Of a DNA stretch of 63,832 nt, positions 34,743-43,649 are shown piece by piece. Within the stretch, counting starts at the first letter, position 1, and every line of letters begins with the position of its first letter. The stretch lies in contig DASTLQ010000016.1 of NCBI GenBank assembly GCA_035714785.1, positions 1-63,832 on the forward strand, given 5' to 3'. The position numbers and the translations under genes were made by a program. This stretch comes from Minisyncoccota bacterium (GTDB lineage: Bacteria; Patescibacteriota; Minisyncoccia; Phycocordibacterales; UBA9973). The notes under the pieces were generated by a model. That model was not told where the DNA came from. It was given only the letters and a program-made list of their open reading frames with translations, and ran no database searches.

Positions 34743-36149
34743 TTATTTAGGCAACAGATACTTTACAGCATCTGCCGCGGTGTAGGAACTGTTCTCGTCA
34801 TTCATGAGATGATGTAAGAAACTCAGGTCGTCTCCCATTGTAAAAATAGGAATCTCCCGCGGATCGCCAATTCCGGCGGCCGAGAAGAGCCCATTACAAA
34901 TACAACGGGACCCCCTTGTGTCTTCGATCCTTCCACCCTTCCTAATATAATCGTCAATCGGCTCAGCCGAACAACGAAGGACGATTTTACCGTCCGACTT
35001 TTCTGCCGGGAACTGTAGAGCCTTTCGACTGCAGTTCCGTTGTCTTAAAGCGTAGATTTCCGGATCAGAAATTGTCCCAACTATTTGAGGTACCTTGAAC
35101 GGAAATCCCGTAGGTGAAGCCGACGGATCAGTCCTAACAACAAGGTCCTTATTATAACCAAGGCGCCGCATTTCTGCCCGATACCACGGATCCATCCCGG
35201 AGTCTTCGCTAAGCGCAAAAATAGAACCGGCCTGAATACCGACAGCACCAAGTTCTTGTGCTTTTGCAAGACCAAACGGGGAAGCGAGTCCCCCACCAAC
35301 CCAGAACGGAATCCCAAGGTCAAGTAATTTAGAAAAATTGACCTCATCCTTGGGCCCATAGACCGGTTGACCGGTCTCATCGAACTCCCCCTTATTTCTT
35401 GGAGGAGCATTATGACCACCAGCAACCGGTAGCTCCACCACAAACCCCTGGATGCTCCCAGAAGGGAGCTTTGTAACCATAAGTTTGGCCAATACGTCCG
35501 TAGAGACGATTGGCAAGAATCCAGGACGTTTAAGCTCTCTTGGAAATTTCTCTCCAAGAAACCCACGTGGATTAAAACTAATAGTTTTAGATCCAGTCTT
35601 ACTTCCTTCTACGTATACACGATAGGAAGGATTATTTCCGGATGCGATCGCATCTAATACGCCGGGGATTTGTAATGTTATCCCAGCACCCATCGTGACA
35701 AAATCAACGCCCGCAAGCATCGCCCCTGTCAGATGGTATATGTGCCCTATCTGGATTTTCTCCAGATAGTTCACTGAGACGGGATGATTATGTCCTTCCT
35801 TGCTTAGCCATACAAAAGCGAAGCTCGCCGCGATGGCTAGTTCAATCAAATCAGAACGAGGCTGTAGACTAAACAATGGCACCTCTTTAAATTTCTGATC
35901 TGGAGATTTTCCCCCTTCGATAAAGTACTTCGAAAGTATCCGCTCCGAGATTTCCGGAAACGGAAAATGAGCAAGCGCACGTCGATAGTGACCGTCGACG
36001 TCTCCCAGCTGTAGTAAATGTACTAAAATCCGCTCCGCCGCAGTGCAAGACACTGTGCCTAATGCGCCAGCTTTTGAGCAAACATTGGCAAGATTGGGGT
36101 TCGATATATAGATCCCCATTCCGCCTTGTATAATTTGAGGAATATACAT
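34743..36149 (-). CDS. nitronate monooxygenase / NPD-family FMN oxidoreductase (468 aa)
   Basis: N-terminus IIQGGMGIYISNPNLANVCSKAGALGTVS and TIM-barrel-like glycine-rich segments (VGGGLASP, GIQAGSIF). Strong RBS GAAGGAGG. Visibly more GC-rich than its neighbours. Confidence 0.75.
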   Translation of the reverse strand: MYIPQIIQGGMGIYISNPNLANVCSKAGALGTVSCTAAERILVHLLQLGDVDGHYRRALAHFPFPEISERILSKYFIEGGKSPDQKFKEVPLFSLQPRSDLIELAIAASFAFVWLSKEGHNHPVSVNYLEKIQIGHIYHLTGAMLAGVDFVTMGAGITLQIPGVLDAIASGNNPSYRVYVEGSKTGSKTISFNPRGFLGEKFPRELKRPGFLPIVSTDVLAKLMVTKLPSGSIQGFVVELPVAGGHNAPPRNKGEFDETGQPVYGPKDEVNFSKLLDLGIPFWVGGGLASPFGLAKAQELGAVGIQAGSIFALSEDSGMDPWYRAEMRRLGYNKDLVVRTDPSASPTGFPFKVPQIVGTISDPEIYALRQRNCSRKALQFPAEKSDGKIVLRCSAEPIDDYIRKGGRIEDTRGSRCICNGLFSAAGIGDPREIPIFTMGDDLSFLHHLMNDENSSYTAADAVKYLLPK

Positions 36150-36322
36150 CTTAACCTCCTTCTTTTTTATTTATTTGATTATTGTTTTTCAAAGATCGAA
36201 TTGTTTAAAGTTGTATGTACAATATAGGCCCTTGATTACTGTGTCAAGCTAATTCGAGTTGACTTTATTTAAAATTAGAATACAATAAGTATACATTTTG
36301 CTTCCGAAAGGAAGTTCCGAGA

Positions 36323-36350
36323 AAGCCGCCAAGAGGCGGCTTTCGTTTTT
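36323..36350. terminator. intrinsic terminator hairpin at the 3' end of the toxin-like gene
   Basis: AAGCCGCC-aaga-GGCGGCTT followed by tcgTTTTT on the plus strand. On the minus strand the same stem follows the TAA at 36349-36351. Confidence 0.55.
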
Positions 36351-36804
36351 ACATAAGGCCAGTAAATACATCTTTCACTTTCTTGAAATCACTTGGAGAA
36401 AATTCACCTATCTTTCTTATTAGCCTCTTGGTGCTGAGTACTCGCACTTGAGACAGATTTACTATATTTTCTTCTCTATTAATATTTACAAATTTTATAC
36501 AATATTGATCATTTCTAATAGAACTTGAGATGGGTGCAACCAAAACACACCAACGATTGAAAACTTTTAGAACTAGCACGGGTCGTTCAAAATTATTATT
36601 CTTTCCATTGATTTCTACACCAATATTTTGCCCTAAAGATACCCACCATACTTCTCTGGATTTTGGATATATCTCTTTTTGGGAAAAATGAATTTTTATC
36701 TTGAGTTGGGTCCAAGATTTAAATATTGTAATTATGTTTTGTGCCTCTTTGTCCATAAATATATAGACTCGAGGCCCTGATACGGAAATTATACTATCGC
36801 TCAA
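36349..36804 (-). CDS. PemK/MazF-family toxin-like protein (151 aa)
   Basis: REVWWVSLGQNIGVEINGKNNNFERPVLVLKVFN...VAPISS...NLSQVRVLSTKRL matches the MazF/PemK SH3-like barrel pattern. Alternative start ATG at 36756. Confidence 0.7.
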   Translation of the reverse strand: MSDSIISVSGPRVYIFMDKEAQNIITIFKSWTQLKIKIHFSQKEIYPKSREVWWVSLGQNIGVEINGKNNNFERPVLVLKVFNRWCVLVAPISSSIRNDQYCIKFVNINREENIVNLSQVRVLSTKRLIRKIGEFSPSDFKKVKDVFTGLM

Positions 36805-36810
36805 TATAAT

Positions 36811-37320
36811 TTACAAATTTCCACCCTCTTCCACGATCTCCACCTCCCCCAGCAATTCTTTTTGAAAGGGTCCGTACTTTGCTTTTACTGTGATTTTCTT
36901 TCCCGCTAATATTAAAGGAAGGAATTCTCTGTCCGCGGGCATCATCTCACCTAAGGGCAATTTATCTTTATGAAAAAAAGTAGGCGCTATCATCTCGTCT
37001 GTTTCCACTGGTTCCCCTTCCCAATCTTTCACAAGAAAAAAATGTACTCGACAAATAAAAGTTTCGCCATCGCTTTTTGTATTATGAAAATCTACTACCG
37101 CCATTTCTTCACAGTAATCTCTATGCGCTACGATTCCTGACTCTTCTTCTAATTCTCTGATTGCTCCTTCAAGTGGGGTCTCTCCTTCCTCGATTCCACC
37201 GCCATATCCATTCCAACATCCCGCTCCAATTTTTCTCGTTTTCTTAGCCAAAAGAACGTGATCGTCTTTTACGAGGAGACATACACTGGCCTTTGCTAGC
37301 ACTTTTTCTTCCATTTCCAT
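36811..37320 (-). CDS. NUDIX hydrolase (MutT-like)
   Basis: Nudix box GGGIEEGETPLEGAIRELEEESGI. Confidence 0.9.
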   Translation of the reverse strand: MEMEEKVLAKASVCLLVKDDHVLLAKKTRKIGAGCWNGYGGGIEEGETPLEGAIRELEEESGIVAHRDYCEEMAVVDFHNTKSDGETFICRVHFFLVKDWEGEPVETDEMIAPTFFHKDKLPLGEMMPADREFLPLILAGKKITVKAKYGPFQKELLGEVEIVEEGGNL

Positions 37321-37332
37321 ATTCTACCTCTC

Positions 37333-37584
37333 TTGATATATAATATCCATATGATCCTGATAGATGTGCGAACAAAAGAAGAGTACGGACGAGACCACAT
37401 AGAAGGCGCTATCCTGCATGATATTATGGACATGATGCAGGGAAAATTCCCGGAAATAGAGAAGAGCGAAGAAATAAAATTGTATTGCGAGTCTGGTAAC
37501 CGATCGATGATGGCAAAAAGCCTGATGGAAAAGGCGGGCTTTACCAATGTCACAAATGCCGGAGGGATTGACGATTTGCGGTAA
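37333..37584 (+). CDS. single-domain rhodanese sulfurtransferase (83 aa)
   Basis: LIDVRTKEEYGRDHIEGAI and the active-site loop YCESGNRS. The start lies only 12 nt from the divergent NUDIX start. Alternative start at 37351. Confidence 0.8.
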   Translation: MIYNIHMILIDVRTKEEYGRDHIEGAILHDIMDMMQGKFPEIEKSEEIKLYCESGNRSMMAKSLMEKAGFTNVTNAGGIDDLR

Positions 37585-37596
37585 TGGCACACTCCA

Positions 37597-38187
37597 ATGA
37601 ATAAAAAAATCAAACTTCAAAATCTTCACCAAAAGTGGAACGAAGAATGCATATGCGAATTGAAAGCCACCGCCACTCAGGCGGTGTATGGCTATGGAAA
37701 TCCTGACGCAGAGATTGTCTTCATCGGAGAGGCTCCAGGAAAATCAGAAGACAAAGTTGGCAAGCCTTTCGTAGGTAGGGCAGGAAAATTTCTAGATGAG
37801 ATGCTTGAAGAAATCAAACTAAAACGTGAGGACATATATATTACAAATATTGTGAAGTATCGTCCTCCCGAAAATCGCGATCCCCTGCCTACGGAAAAGT
37901 CTGCTTGCAGGGAATGGCTCCTCGGAGAACTTGCCATAGTCTCCCCGAAACTGATAGTATTCTTGGGCCGACATGCCATGCACAACTTTTTCCCAGAGGA
38001 AGAGATATCGAAATCCCATGGCAGGTTGATCGTCAGGAGGTTTGCTGGAATAGAGACAAGCCACTTCTATCCCCTATACCACCCAGCCGCAGCACTATAC
38101 AACGGCTCGATGAGAGAAACATTAATGGAAGATTTTAAAAGAATTCCAAAAATTCTAAAGACAATAAAAAATGAAGAAAATAAATAA
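37597..38187 (+). CDS. uracil-DNA glycosylase, family 4
   Basis: Motif A GEAPGKSED, FVGRAGKFL, and motif B YHPAAALYN. Confidence 0.9.
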   Translation: MNKKIKLQNLHQKWNEECICELKATATQAVYGYGNPDAEIVFIGEAPGKSEDKVGKPFVGRAGKFLDEMLEEIKLKREDIYITNIVKYRPPENRDPLPTEKSACREWLLGELAIVSPKLIVFLGRHAMHNFFPEEEISKSHGRLIVRRFAGIETSHFYPLYHPAAALYNGSMRETLMEDFKRIPKILKTIKNEENK

Positions 38188-38923
38188 CAAAGTTAAAATC
38201 ATAGTTTTAGCAGCAGGAAAAGGCACCCGAATGAAAAGCCACTTGCCAAAAGTTTTGATGCCTCTAGTAGGCAATCATTTGATAGGTCACTTGACTGACA
38301 CAATTTCCACTCTCGGATATGCTACACCCGTGGCAGTAGTGGGACACAAAGCACATCTCGTGAAGAAAGAACTAGGTCAAACATACAAGTATGCAATTCA
38401 AAACAAACAATTAGGCACTGCTCACGCTGTCATGACCGCCAAGGAAAAATGTAAAGGAGCAGATTATATAGTAGTGCTCCTCGGAGACCAGCCATTTGTA
38501 AAAGCCTCTACGATTGCAAAAACTTTAGAAGTTCATAAACAAGCTAAAGCTAAAATCACTCTCACCACCACGGTTGCAAAAGATTTCAAAAGCTGGAGAA
38601 GCTATTTCAAAACCCACGGAAGAATTCTTCGCACTAAAGGAGAAATCACAGGAATTCGTGAATTCAAAGATGCCAGCAATTTAGAAAAGAAAATAAAAGA
38701 AGTAAATGTGGGATCTCCATATATTTTTGATGCAAAATGGCTATGGAAAAATTTAAATAAAATTGGAAATAATAATTCAAAAAAGGAATACTATTTGACC
38801 GACCTTATCGAGATAGCAAAATCTCAAGGTGAACGAATTGAAAACGTAAAAATGCAAAACCAAGAAGCTCTAGGTGCAAATTCTAAAGAAGAACTTGCGG
38901 CTCTCAGGAAGTTTGCAGTATAA
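38171..38923 (+). CDS. sugar-1-phosphate nucleotidyltransferase (GlmU N-terminal-domain-like, no acetyltransferase domain)
   Basis: LAAGKGTRMKSHLPKVL, QLGTAHAV and LLGDQPF. Ends at 250 aa without left-handed beta-helix repeats. Confidence 0.8.
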   Translation: MKKINNKVKIIVLAAGKGTRMKSHLPKVLMPLVGNHLIGHLTDTISTLGYATPVAVVGHKAHLVKKELGQTYKYAIQNKQLGTAHAVMTAKEKCKGADYIVVLLGDQPFVKASTIAKTLEVHKQAKAKITLTTTVAKDFKSWRSYFKTHGRILRTKGEITGIREFKDASNLEKKIKEVNVGSPYIFDAKWLWKNLNKIGNNNSKKEYYLTDLIEIAKSQGERIENVKMQNQEALGANSKEELAALRKFAV

Positions 38924-38933
38924 TTCTCCCACT

Positions 38934-40151
38934 ATGCAAAATCCATACCAAAATGCTATGGCCCAGCTTGAAAAAGCAGCTCAGGCAAAAAGTTTTAAAG
39001 AAGAAACACTGCTCCGTCTACGCCATCCCGATCGAGATGTGAGAATATCTATTCCCGTAAAAATGGATGACGGATCTCTACAGATTTTTGAAGGATACAG
39101 AGTAGAATACAACAACGTACTCGGACCATACAAAGGTGGAATTCGATATCATCACGATACAAATATCGACGAGGTAAAAGCACTATCATTTTGGATGGCT
39201 CTAAAATGTGCTGTGGCAGGCATACCAATGGGTGGAGGTAAGGGCGGTATCACGGTTGACCCAAAGAAACTTTCAAAAGATGAACTCGAAAGACTCTCTC
39301 GAGGATGGATGCGCGGACTCTCAGATATTTTAGGACCGCACAAAGATGTCCCTGCTCCAGACGTAAATACTACTCCCGAAATAATGTCATGGATGGTAGA
39401 TGAATACGCAAAAATTACCGGAGACAAGACCGGCGCAGTAATCACCGGAAAGCCTATCGCAAATGGTGGCTCAGAAGGAAGAACAGCAGCTACAGGGCTT
39501 GGAGGATTTTATGTATTCGAAGCTCTGCAAAAAGAATTTGGTTTACCAGAAAAATGCAAAGTAGTAATTCAAGGATTTGGAAATGTTGGACTCCATGCAG
39601 CAAAAATATTTACAGAACATGGACACAGTGTCATCGCTATCTCTGATTCAAAAGGAGGAGTGATGGATGAAAATGGACTCGATATAGAAAAACTAGAAGA
39701 GTATAAAAAGAATACCAAATCGCTGTCTGGCTTTCCTGGCACCAAAAATATTTCCAATGAGGAACTTTTAGAAACTAAATGCGACGTACTGGTACCTGCA
39801 GCTTTAGAAAATTCAATCACACATGAGAACGCCGAAAAAATTAGTGCCACATTGATTCTTGAGCTAGCCAACGGTCCTCTCTCTCCTGAAGCAGACGATA
39901 TTCTTTTCAAAAAAAATATTCCTGTTATTCCAGATATTCTGGCAAACTCCGGCGGTGTAACTGTGTCATATTTTGAATGGGATCAGAATCTAAAAGGAGA
40001 ACATTGGAGCGAAGAAGATGTATACACCAAACTCCGATCCTACATGAACAACTCTGCAAGTGAAGTACTAAAAAGAGCAACGGAAGCAAACACTTCCCTC
40101 CGCATTGGCGCCTTTATCTTTGCCCTTGAAAGAATTGAGGAAAAACTATAA
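38934..40151 (+). CDS. gdhA: Glu/Leu/Phe/Val-family glutamate dehydrogenase (405 aa)
   Basis: Catalytic PMGGGKGG and the dinucleotide fold QGFGNVG. Start moved to ATG 38934 (MQNPYQ), because the ORF-track start overlaps the upstream gene. Confidence 0.92.
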   Translation: MQNPYQNAMAQLEKAAQAKSFKEETLLRLRHPDRDVRISIPVKMDDGSLQIFEGYRVEYNNVLGPYKGGIRYHHDTNIDEVKALSFWMALKCAVAGIPMGGGKGGITVDPKKLSKDELERLSRGWMRGLSDILGPHKDVPAPDVNTTPEIMSWMVDEYAKITGDKTGAVITGKPIANGGSEGRTAATGLGGFYVFEALQKEFGLPEKCKVVIQGFGNVGLHAAKIFTEHGHSVIAISDSKGGVMDENGLDIEKLEEYKKNTKSLSGFPGTKNISNEELLETKCDVLVPAALENSITHENAEKISATLILELANGPLSPEADDILFKKNIPVIPDILANSGGVTVSYFEWDQNLKGEHWSEEDVYTKLRSYMNNSASEVLKRATEANTSLRIGAFIFALERIEEKL

Positions 40152-40162
40152 TATCATAGGGA

Positions 40163-40235
40163 GCGCGGTTAGCTCATTTGGTAGAGCGTTCGATTGACGT
40201 TCGAAAGGCAACAAGTTCGATTCTTGTACCGCGCA
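40163..40235 (+). tRNA. tRNA-Val (anticodon GAC)
   Basis: GCGCGGT-TA-GCTC-ATTTGGTA-GAGC-G-TTCGA-TTGACGT-TCGAA-AGGCA-ACAAG-TTCGATT-CTTGT-ACCGCGC-A. Confidence 0.92.
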
Positions 40236-40259
40236 CCCTTATTTATAATATTCAAAACT

Positions 40260-41453
40260 ATGAAAATACTTTCCATCGAAACTTCCTGCGACGATACAGG
40301 AATCACAATTTTTGAAGCAAAAGGCGGCACCACCAAAGCCTCTTTTAAAATACTTTCAAATATTGTTTCCTCTCAAGATATCCATGCCGAATTTGGAGGG
40401 GTTTTTCCTATGATGGCAAAACGAGAGCATATAAAAAACTTGCCAATTGTCCTAGATATTTCTCTCAAAAAAGCAAAGCTTACTAAAAGCAAAAAACCAG
40501 TGGATGCCATCGCAGTCACTTATGGCCCAGGACTGGAGCCATGTCTCTGGAGCGGAATCGTTTTTGCAAAAGAATTGGCCGAAAAATGGGATGTACCTAT
40601 TATCCCCGTAAACCATATGGAAGGACATATTCTTTCAGTTTTTGCTAAACCAAAAGGAACCTTTAATATTTCACTCACCAAAAAACAATTTCCCATGCTG
40701 ACACTGTTGGTATCTGGCGGTCACACGGAACTCGTACTCGTAAAGGACTTAGGAAAATACGAAATCATCGGTAAAACTTTGGACGACGCAGCCGGAGAAG
40801 CTTACGACAAAGTAGCTCGCATGCTCGGACTTCCATATCCCGGCGGACCCGCTCTTTCAAGATTGGCAGAAGAGAAGCGAAAAGAGCTAGGGGATTTATT
40901 TGAACATGAGAATGAGAATCGGAAAGGTTTCCAAAGTATGTCCGAGCGACGCCTTGCGAGCGCGACGGCGCGAGCACGAGGAATTTTTCAGCAGAAAAAT
41001 ATCCGTGCGGAGCAAGGGCATACTTTGGAAATCTTTCCGCTTCCCCGCCCCATGTTGAAATCCCCCAACTTCCACTTCTCCTTCGCCGGCCTCAAAACTG
41101 CCGTCCTATACGGTCTGAAAAAAATAGAACCCCTCAATGATGCAAAGAAAAAAATGGTTGCTATGGAATTTGAAAATGCAGTAATTGATACCCTTTTATA
41201 TAAAACAATGAAAGCCAGCGATAAATATGGCATCAAATCTGTAATCATAGCGGGCGGAGTAGCAGCAAACAAACACTTGCAAAAACAGTTTCGCCAAGCA
41301 TTTGGTAAAAAAAATGTCCTTCTCCCTGACAATGCTCTCACCGGCGACAACGCGCTCATGATTGGAATAGCTGGCTACCTCCGATATATGCAGGGTAAAA
41401 AGAAAGTTCCAAAACCTGCGTCCATCAAGGCCAATGGCAATTTAGAATTGTAA
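40260..41453 (+). CDS. tsaD: tRNA N6-adenosine threonylcarbamoyltransferase TsaD, with an insertion of about 45-50 aa
   Basis: MKILSIETSCDDTG, HMEGHI, SGGHTE, AYDKVARMLGLPYPGGP, FPLPRPM and IAGGVAAN. Start moved to ATG 40260, because the ORF-track start overlaps tRNA-Val. Confidence 0.9.
   Translation: MKILSIETSCDDTGITIFEAKGGTTKASFKILSNIVSSQDIHAEFGGVFPMMAKREHIKNLPIVLDISLKKAKLTKSKKPVDAIAVTYGPGLEPCLWSGIVFAKELAEKWDVPIIPVNHMEGHILSVFAKPKGTFNISLTKKQFPMLTLLVSGGHTELVLVKDLGKYEIIGKTLDDAAGEAYDKVARMLGLPYPGGPALSRLAEEKRKELGDLFEHENENRKGFQSMSERRLASATARARGIFQQKNIRAEQGHTLEIFPLPRPMLKSPNFHFSFAGLKTAVLYGLKKIEPLNDAKKKMVAMEFENAVIDTLLYKTMKASDKYGIKSVIIAGGVAANKHLQKQFRQAFGKKNVLLPDNALTGDNALMIGIAGYLRYMQGKKKVPKPASIKANGNLEL
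40921..41038. repeat. 118-bp inverted-repeat-bounded GC-rich element inside tsaD
   Basis: ggaaaggtttccaaagtatg at 40921-40940 and catactttggaaatctttcc at 41019-41038 match as reverse complements at 19 of 20 positions. The interior is GC-rich (gcgacgccttgcgagcgcgacggcgcgagc). Confidence 0.6.
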
Positions 41454-41483
41454 ACCAAGCCTTTTTCTGATATTATCCAATCA

Positions 41484-43646
41484 ATGAGCGACATATCAGA
41501 AAAACTTTTAAAGCCCTACAATCCCAAAGAAACTGAGGACAATATTTACAAACTTTGGGAAGAGAGTGACTTTTTTAATCCAGACACTTGCATTGCAAAA
41601 GGAGTGACTGCTCCTGACGCAGAAACTTTTTCAATGGTCCTCCCTCCTCCAAATGTGACAGGAAATCTGCACACCGGCCATGCACTGATGCTCGTAATAG
41701 AAGACATCATGGCTCGCTATGCTCGCATGCAGGGCAAGCGCACTCTTTGGCTTCCTGGTACCGACCATGCCGCTATTGCTACTCAATCCAAAGTTGAAAA
41801 AATGCTAGAAAAAGACAAAATCCGAAAGGCTGATCTCGGACGGGAAGAATTTCTAAAAAAAGTTGAGGCGTATGCAACGGAATCCCACGACACCATCGTG
41901 ACCCAATGTAAAAAAATGGGAGTCAGCCTCGATTGGAGCCGTGAAGCTTTTACTCTTGATGAAAAGCGTACTTTTGCTGTTCGCACTGCGTTCAAAAAAA
42001 TGTACGATGAAGATTTGATCTATCGAGGACATCGCATAGTAAATTGGGATCCAAAAGGACAGACTGTGATTTCCGACGACGAGATTGTTTATGAAGAACG
42101 TAAAAGTACTTTTTATACTTTTAGATACGGTCCTTTTGAAATAGGTACTGCGAGACCTGAAACAAAATTTGGCGACAAGTATGTAGTGATGCATCCAGAA
42201 GATCCTCGATATTTAGAATGGAACCATGGAGATAAAATCACAGTAGAATGGATCAATGGTCCCATCGAAGCCACTATTTTGAAAGACGAAGTGATTGATA
42301 TGCAATTTGGAACTGGAGTAATGACCATCACTCCGTGGCACTCACATGAAGACTTTGCTTTAGCAGAAAAATATAAACTGGATAAAGAGCAGATCATCGA
42401 CAAGCATACCAAGCTCCTCCCTATCGCTGGTGAGTTTGCTGGCATGAAAATAAATGATGCAAGAGAAAAGATTGTACAAAAACTTAAGGACAAAGGATTA
42501 CTTGTTTCTGTTGATGAAAAATATATAAATCGAGTAGCTACTGCTGAGCGTACTGGTGGCGTAGTGGAACCACAAATCATGGAGCAATGGTTCATCGATG
42601 TTAATAAAAAAATCCCCTCTCGTGAAAACAAAAGTCTAAAGGAACTTATGCTTGAAGCTGTAGGAAGCAAAAGCGTAAAGATCATTCCAGAGAGATTTGA
42701 AAAGGAATATTTTCATTGGATAAACAATCTACGTGACTGGTGCATCTCTCGCCAGATTTGGTACGGCCATCGCATTCCGGTCTGGTATAAAGGAAATGAA
42801 ATGTATTGCGATGTTAATCCCCCAAAAGAAGCAGGCTGGGAACAAGATCCAGATACCCTTGATACATGGTTTTCTTCAGGACTGTGGACTTTCAGTACAC
42901 TTGGTTGGCCAGAAGAAACAGAGGATTTTAAAACATATCACCCCACCACTATACTCGAGACCGGTCACGATATTATTTTCTTCTGGGTAGCTAGAATGAT
43001 TCTTATGTCTAAATATTTACTCGGAGACATTCCTTTTAAAACTGTATATATGCACGGAATGGTTCGCACCGCCGACGGAAAAAAGATGTCTAAATCACTT
43101 GGCGATAAAGCCATAGATCCACTTGATATTATAGAAAAATACGGAAATGATGCCCTTCGTCTAGCTATGATCGTCGGAAATACTCCGGGCAACGACCTGA
43201 AATTAAATGAAAACGACATCCGTGGTTACGCAAAGTTTGCCAACAAGATCTGGAACGCATCCCGTTTCGTTTTTGAAAATATTAAAGGTTTAGACTTTGA
43301 CAATCTTCCAGCATTCGACAAAGAAGATGCATCCTCAGACGAAGATCTCAAAGAATTTATAAAAGAGATTACAAAAGAGATGAATGAATTTCGCTACTCT
43401 TTAGTTTCAGAAAAAATCTACCATTACTTTTGGCACACTTTTGCCGACATCTTGATTGAAAGATCAAAGAAAAAAATTCAAGAAGGACAAAATGCTGATT
43501 CCGCAAAAGCTCTGCTATACACCCACCTCGTCACTCTTTTAAAAATCCTGCACCCATTCATGCCATTCATCACCGAAGAAATCTGGTCCATGATGCCAAA
43601 GAAAAAAAATCTGTTAATGGTAGAAAGATGGCCCGTTTTAAAATAG
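41484..43646 (+). CDS. valS: valine--tRNA ligase (720 aa, short C-terminus)
   Basis: PPPNVTGNLHTGHAL (HIGH region), KMSKS, and a CP1 editing domain with TGVMTITP. Confidence 0.92.
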   Translation: MSDISEKLLKPYNPKETEDNIYKLWEESDFFNPDTCIAKGVTAPDAETFSMVLPPPNVTGNLHTGHALMLVIEDIMARYARMQGKRTLWLPGTDHAAIATQSKVEKMLEKDKIRKADLGREEFLKKVEAYATESHDTIVTQCKKMGVSLDWSREAFTLDEKRTFAVRTAFKKMYDEDLIYRGHRIVNWDPKGQTVISDDEIVYEERKSTFYTFRYGPFEIGTARPETKFGDKYVVMHPEDPRYLEWNHGDKITVEWINGPIEATILKDEVIDMQFGTGVMTITPWHSHEDFALAEKYKLDKEQIIDKHTKLLPIAGEFAGMKINDAREKIVQKLKDKGLLVSVDEKYINRVATAERTGGVVEPQIMEQWFIDVNKKIPSRENKSLKELMLEAVGSKSVKIIPERFEKEYFHWINNLRDWCISRQIWYGHRIPVWYKGNEMYCDVNPPKEAGWEQDPDTLDTWFSSGLWTFSTLGWPEETEDFKTYHPTTILETGHDIIFFWVARMILMSKYLLGDIPFKTVYMHGMVRTADGKKMSKSLGDKAIDPLDIIEKYGNDALRLAMIVGNTPGNDLKLNENDIRGYAKFANKIWNASRFVFENIKGLDFDNLPAFDKEDASSDEDLKEFIKEITKEMNEFRYSLVSEKIYHYFWHTFADILIERSKKKIQEGQNADSAKALLYTHLVTLLKILHPFMPFITEEIWSMMPKKKNLLMVERWPVLK

Positions 43647-43649
43647 CCA

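Noticed and set aside
35081-36081. Same-strand alternative-frame ORFs 35081-35566 and 35887-36081 within the monooxygenase gene.
   Set aside because: They are Arg/Leu/Ser-rich out-of-frame products typical of a GC-richer gene. The 468-aa frame carries the recognisable NPD-family motifs.
37296-37632. Minus-strand ORFs 37296-37613 and 37324-37632 overlapping the rhodanese gene.
   Set aside because: The plus-strand frame has the complete rhodanese pattern, including the active-site CxxGxRS loop. The minus-strand products have no recognisable features.
40194-40259. Upstream-extended starts in the ORF track: tsaD at 40194, gdh at 38874, the T9SS-CTD gene at 46695, rpsU at 21391, and 34213.
   Set aside because: The extensions overlap tRNA-Val or the preceding gene, or precede an obvious signal peptide or conserved N-terminus with a better RBS. 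The starts were moved to 40260, 38934, 46749, 21430 and 34246.
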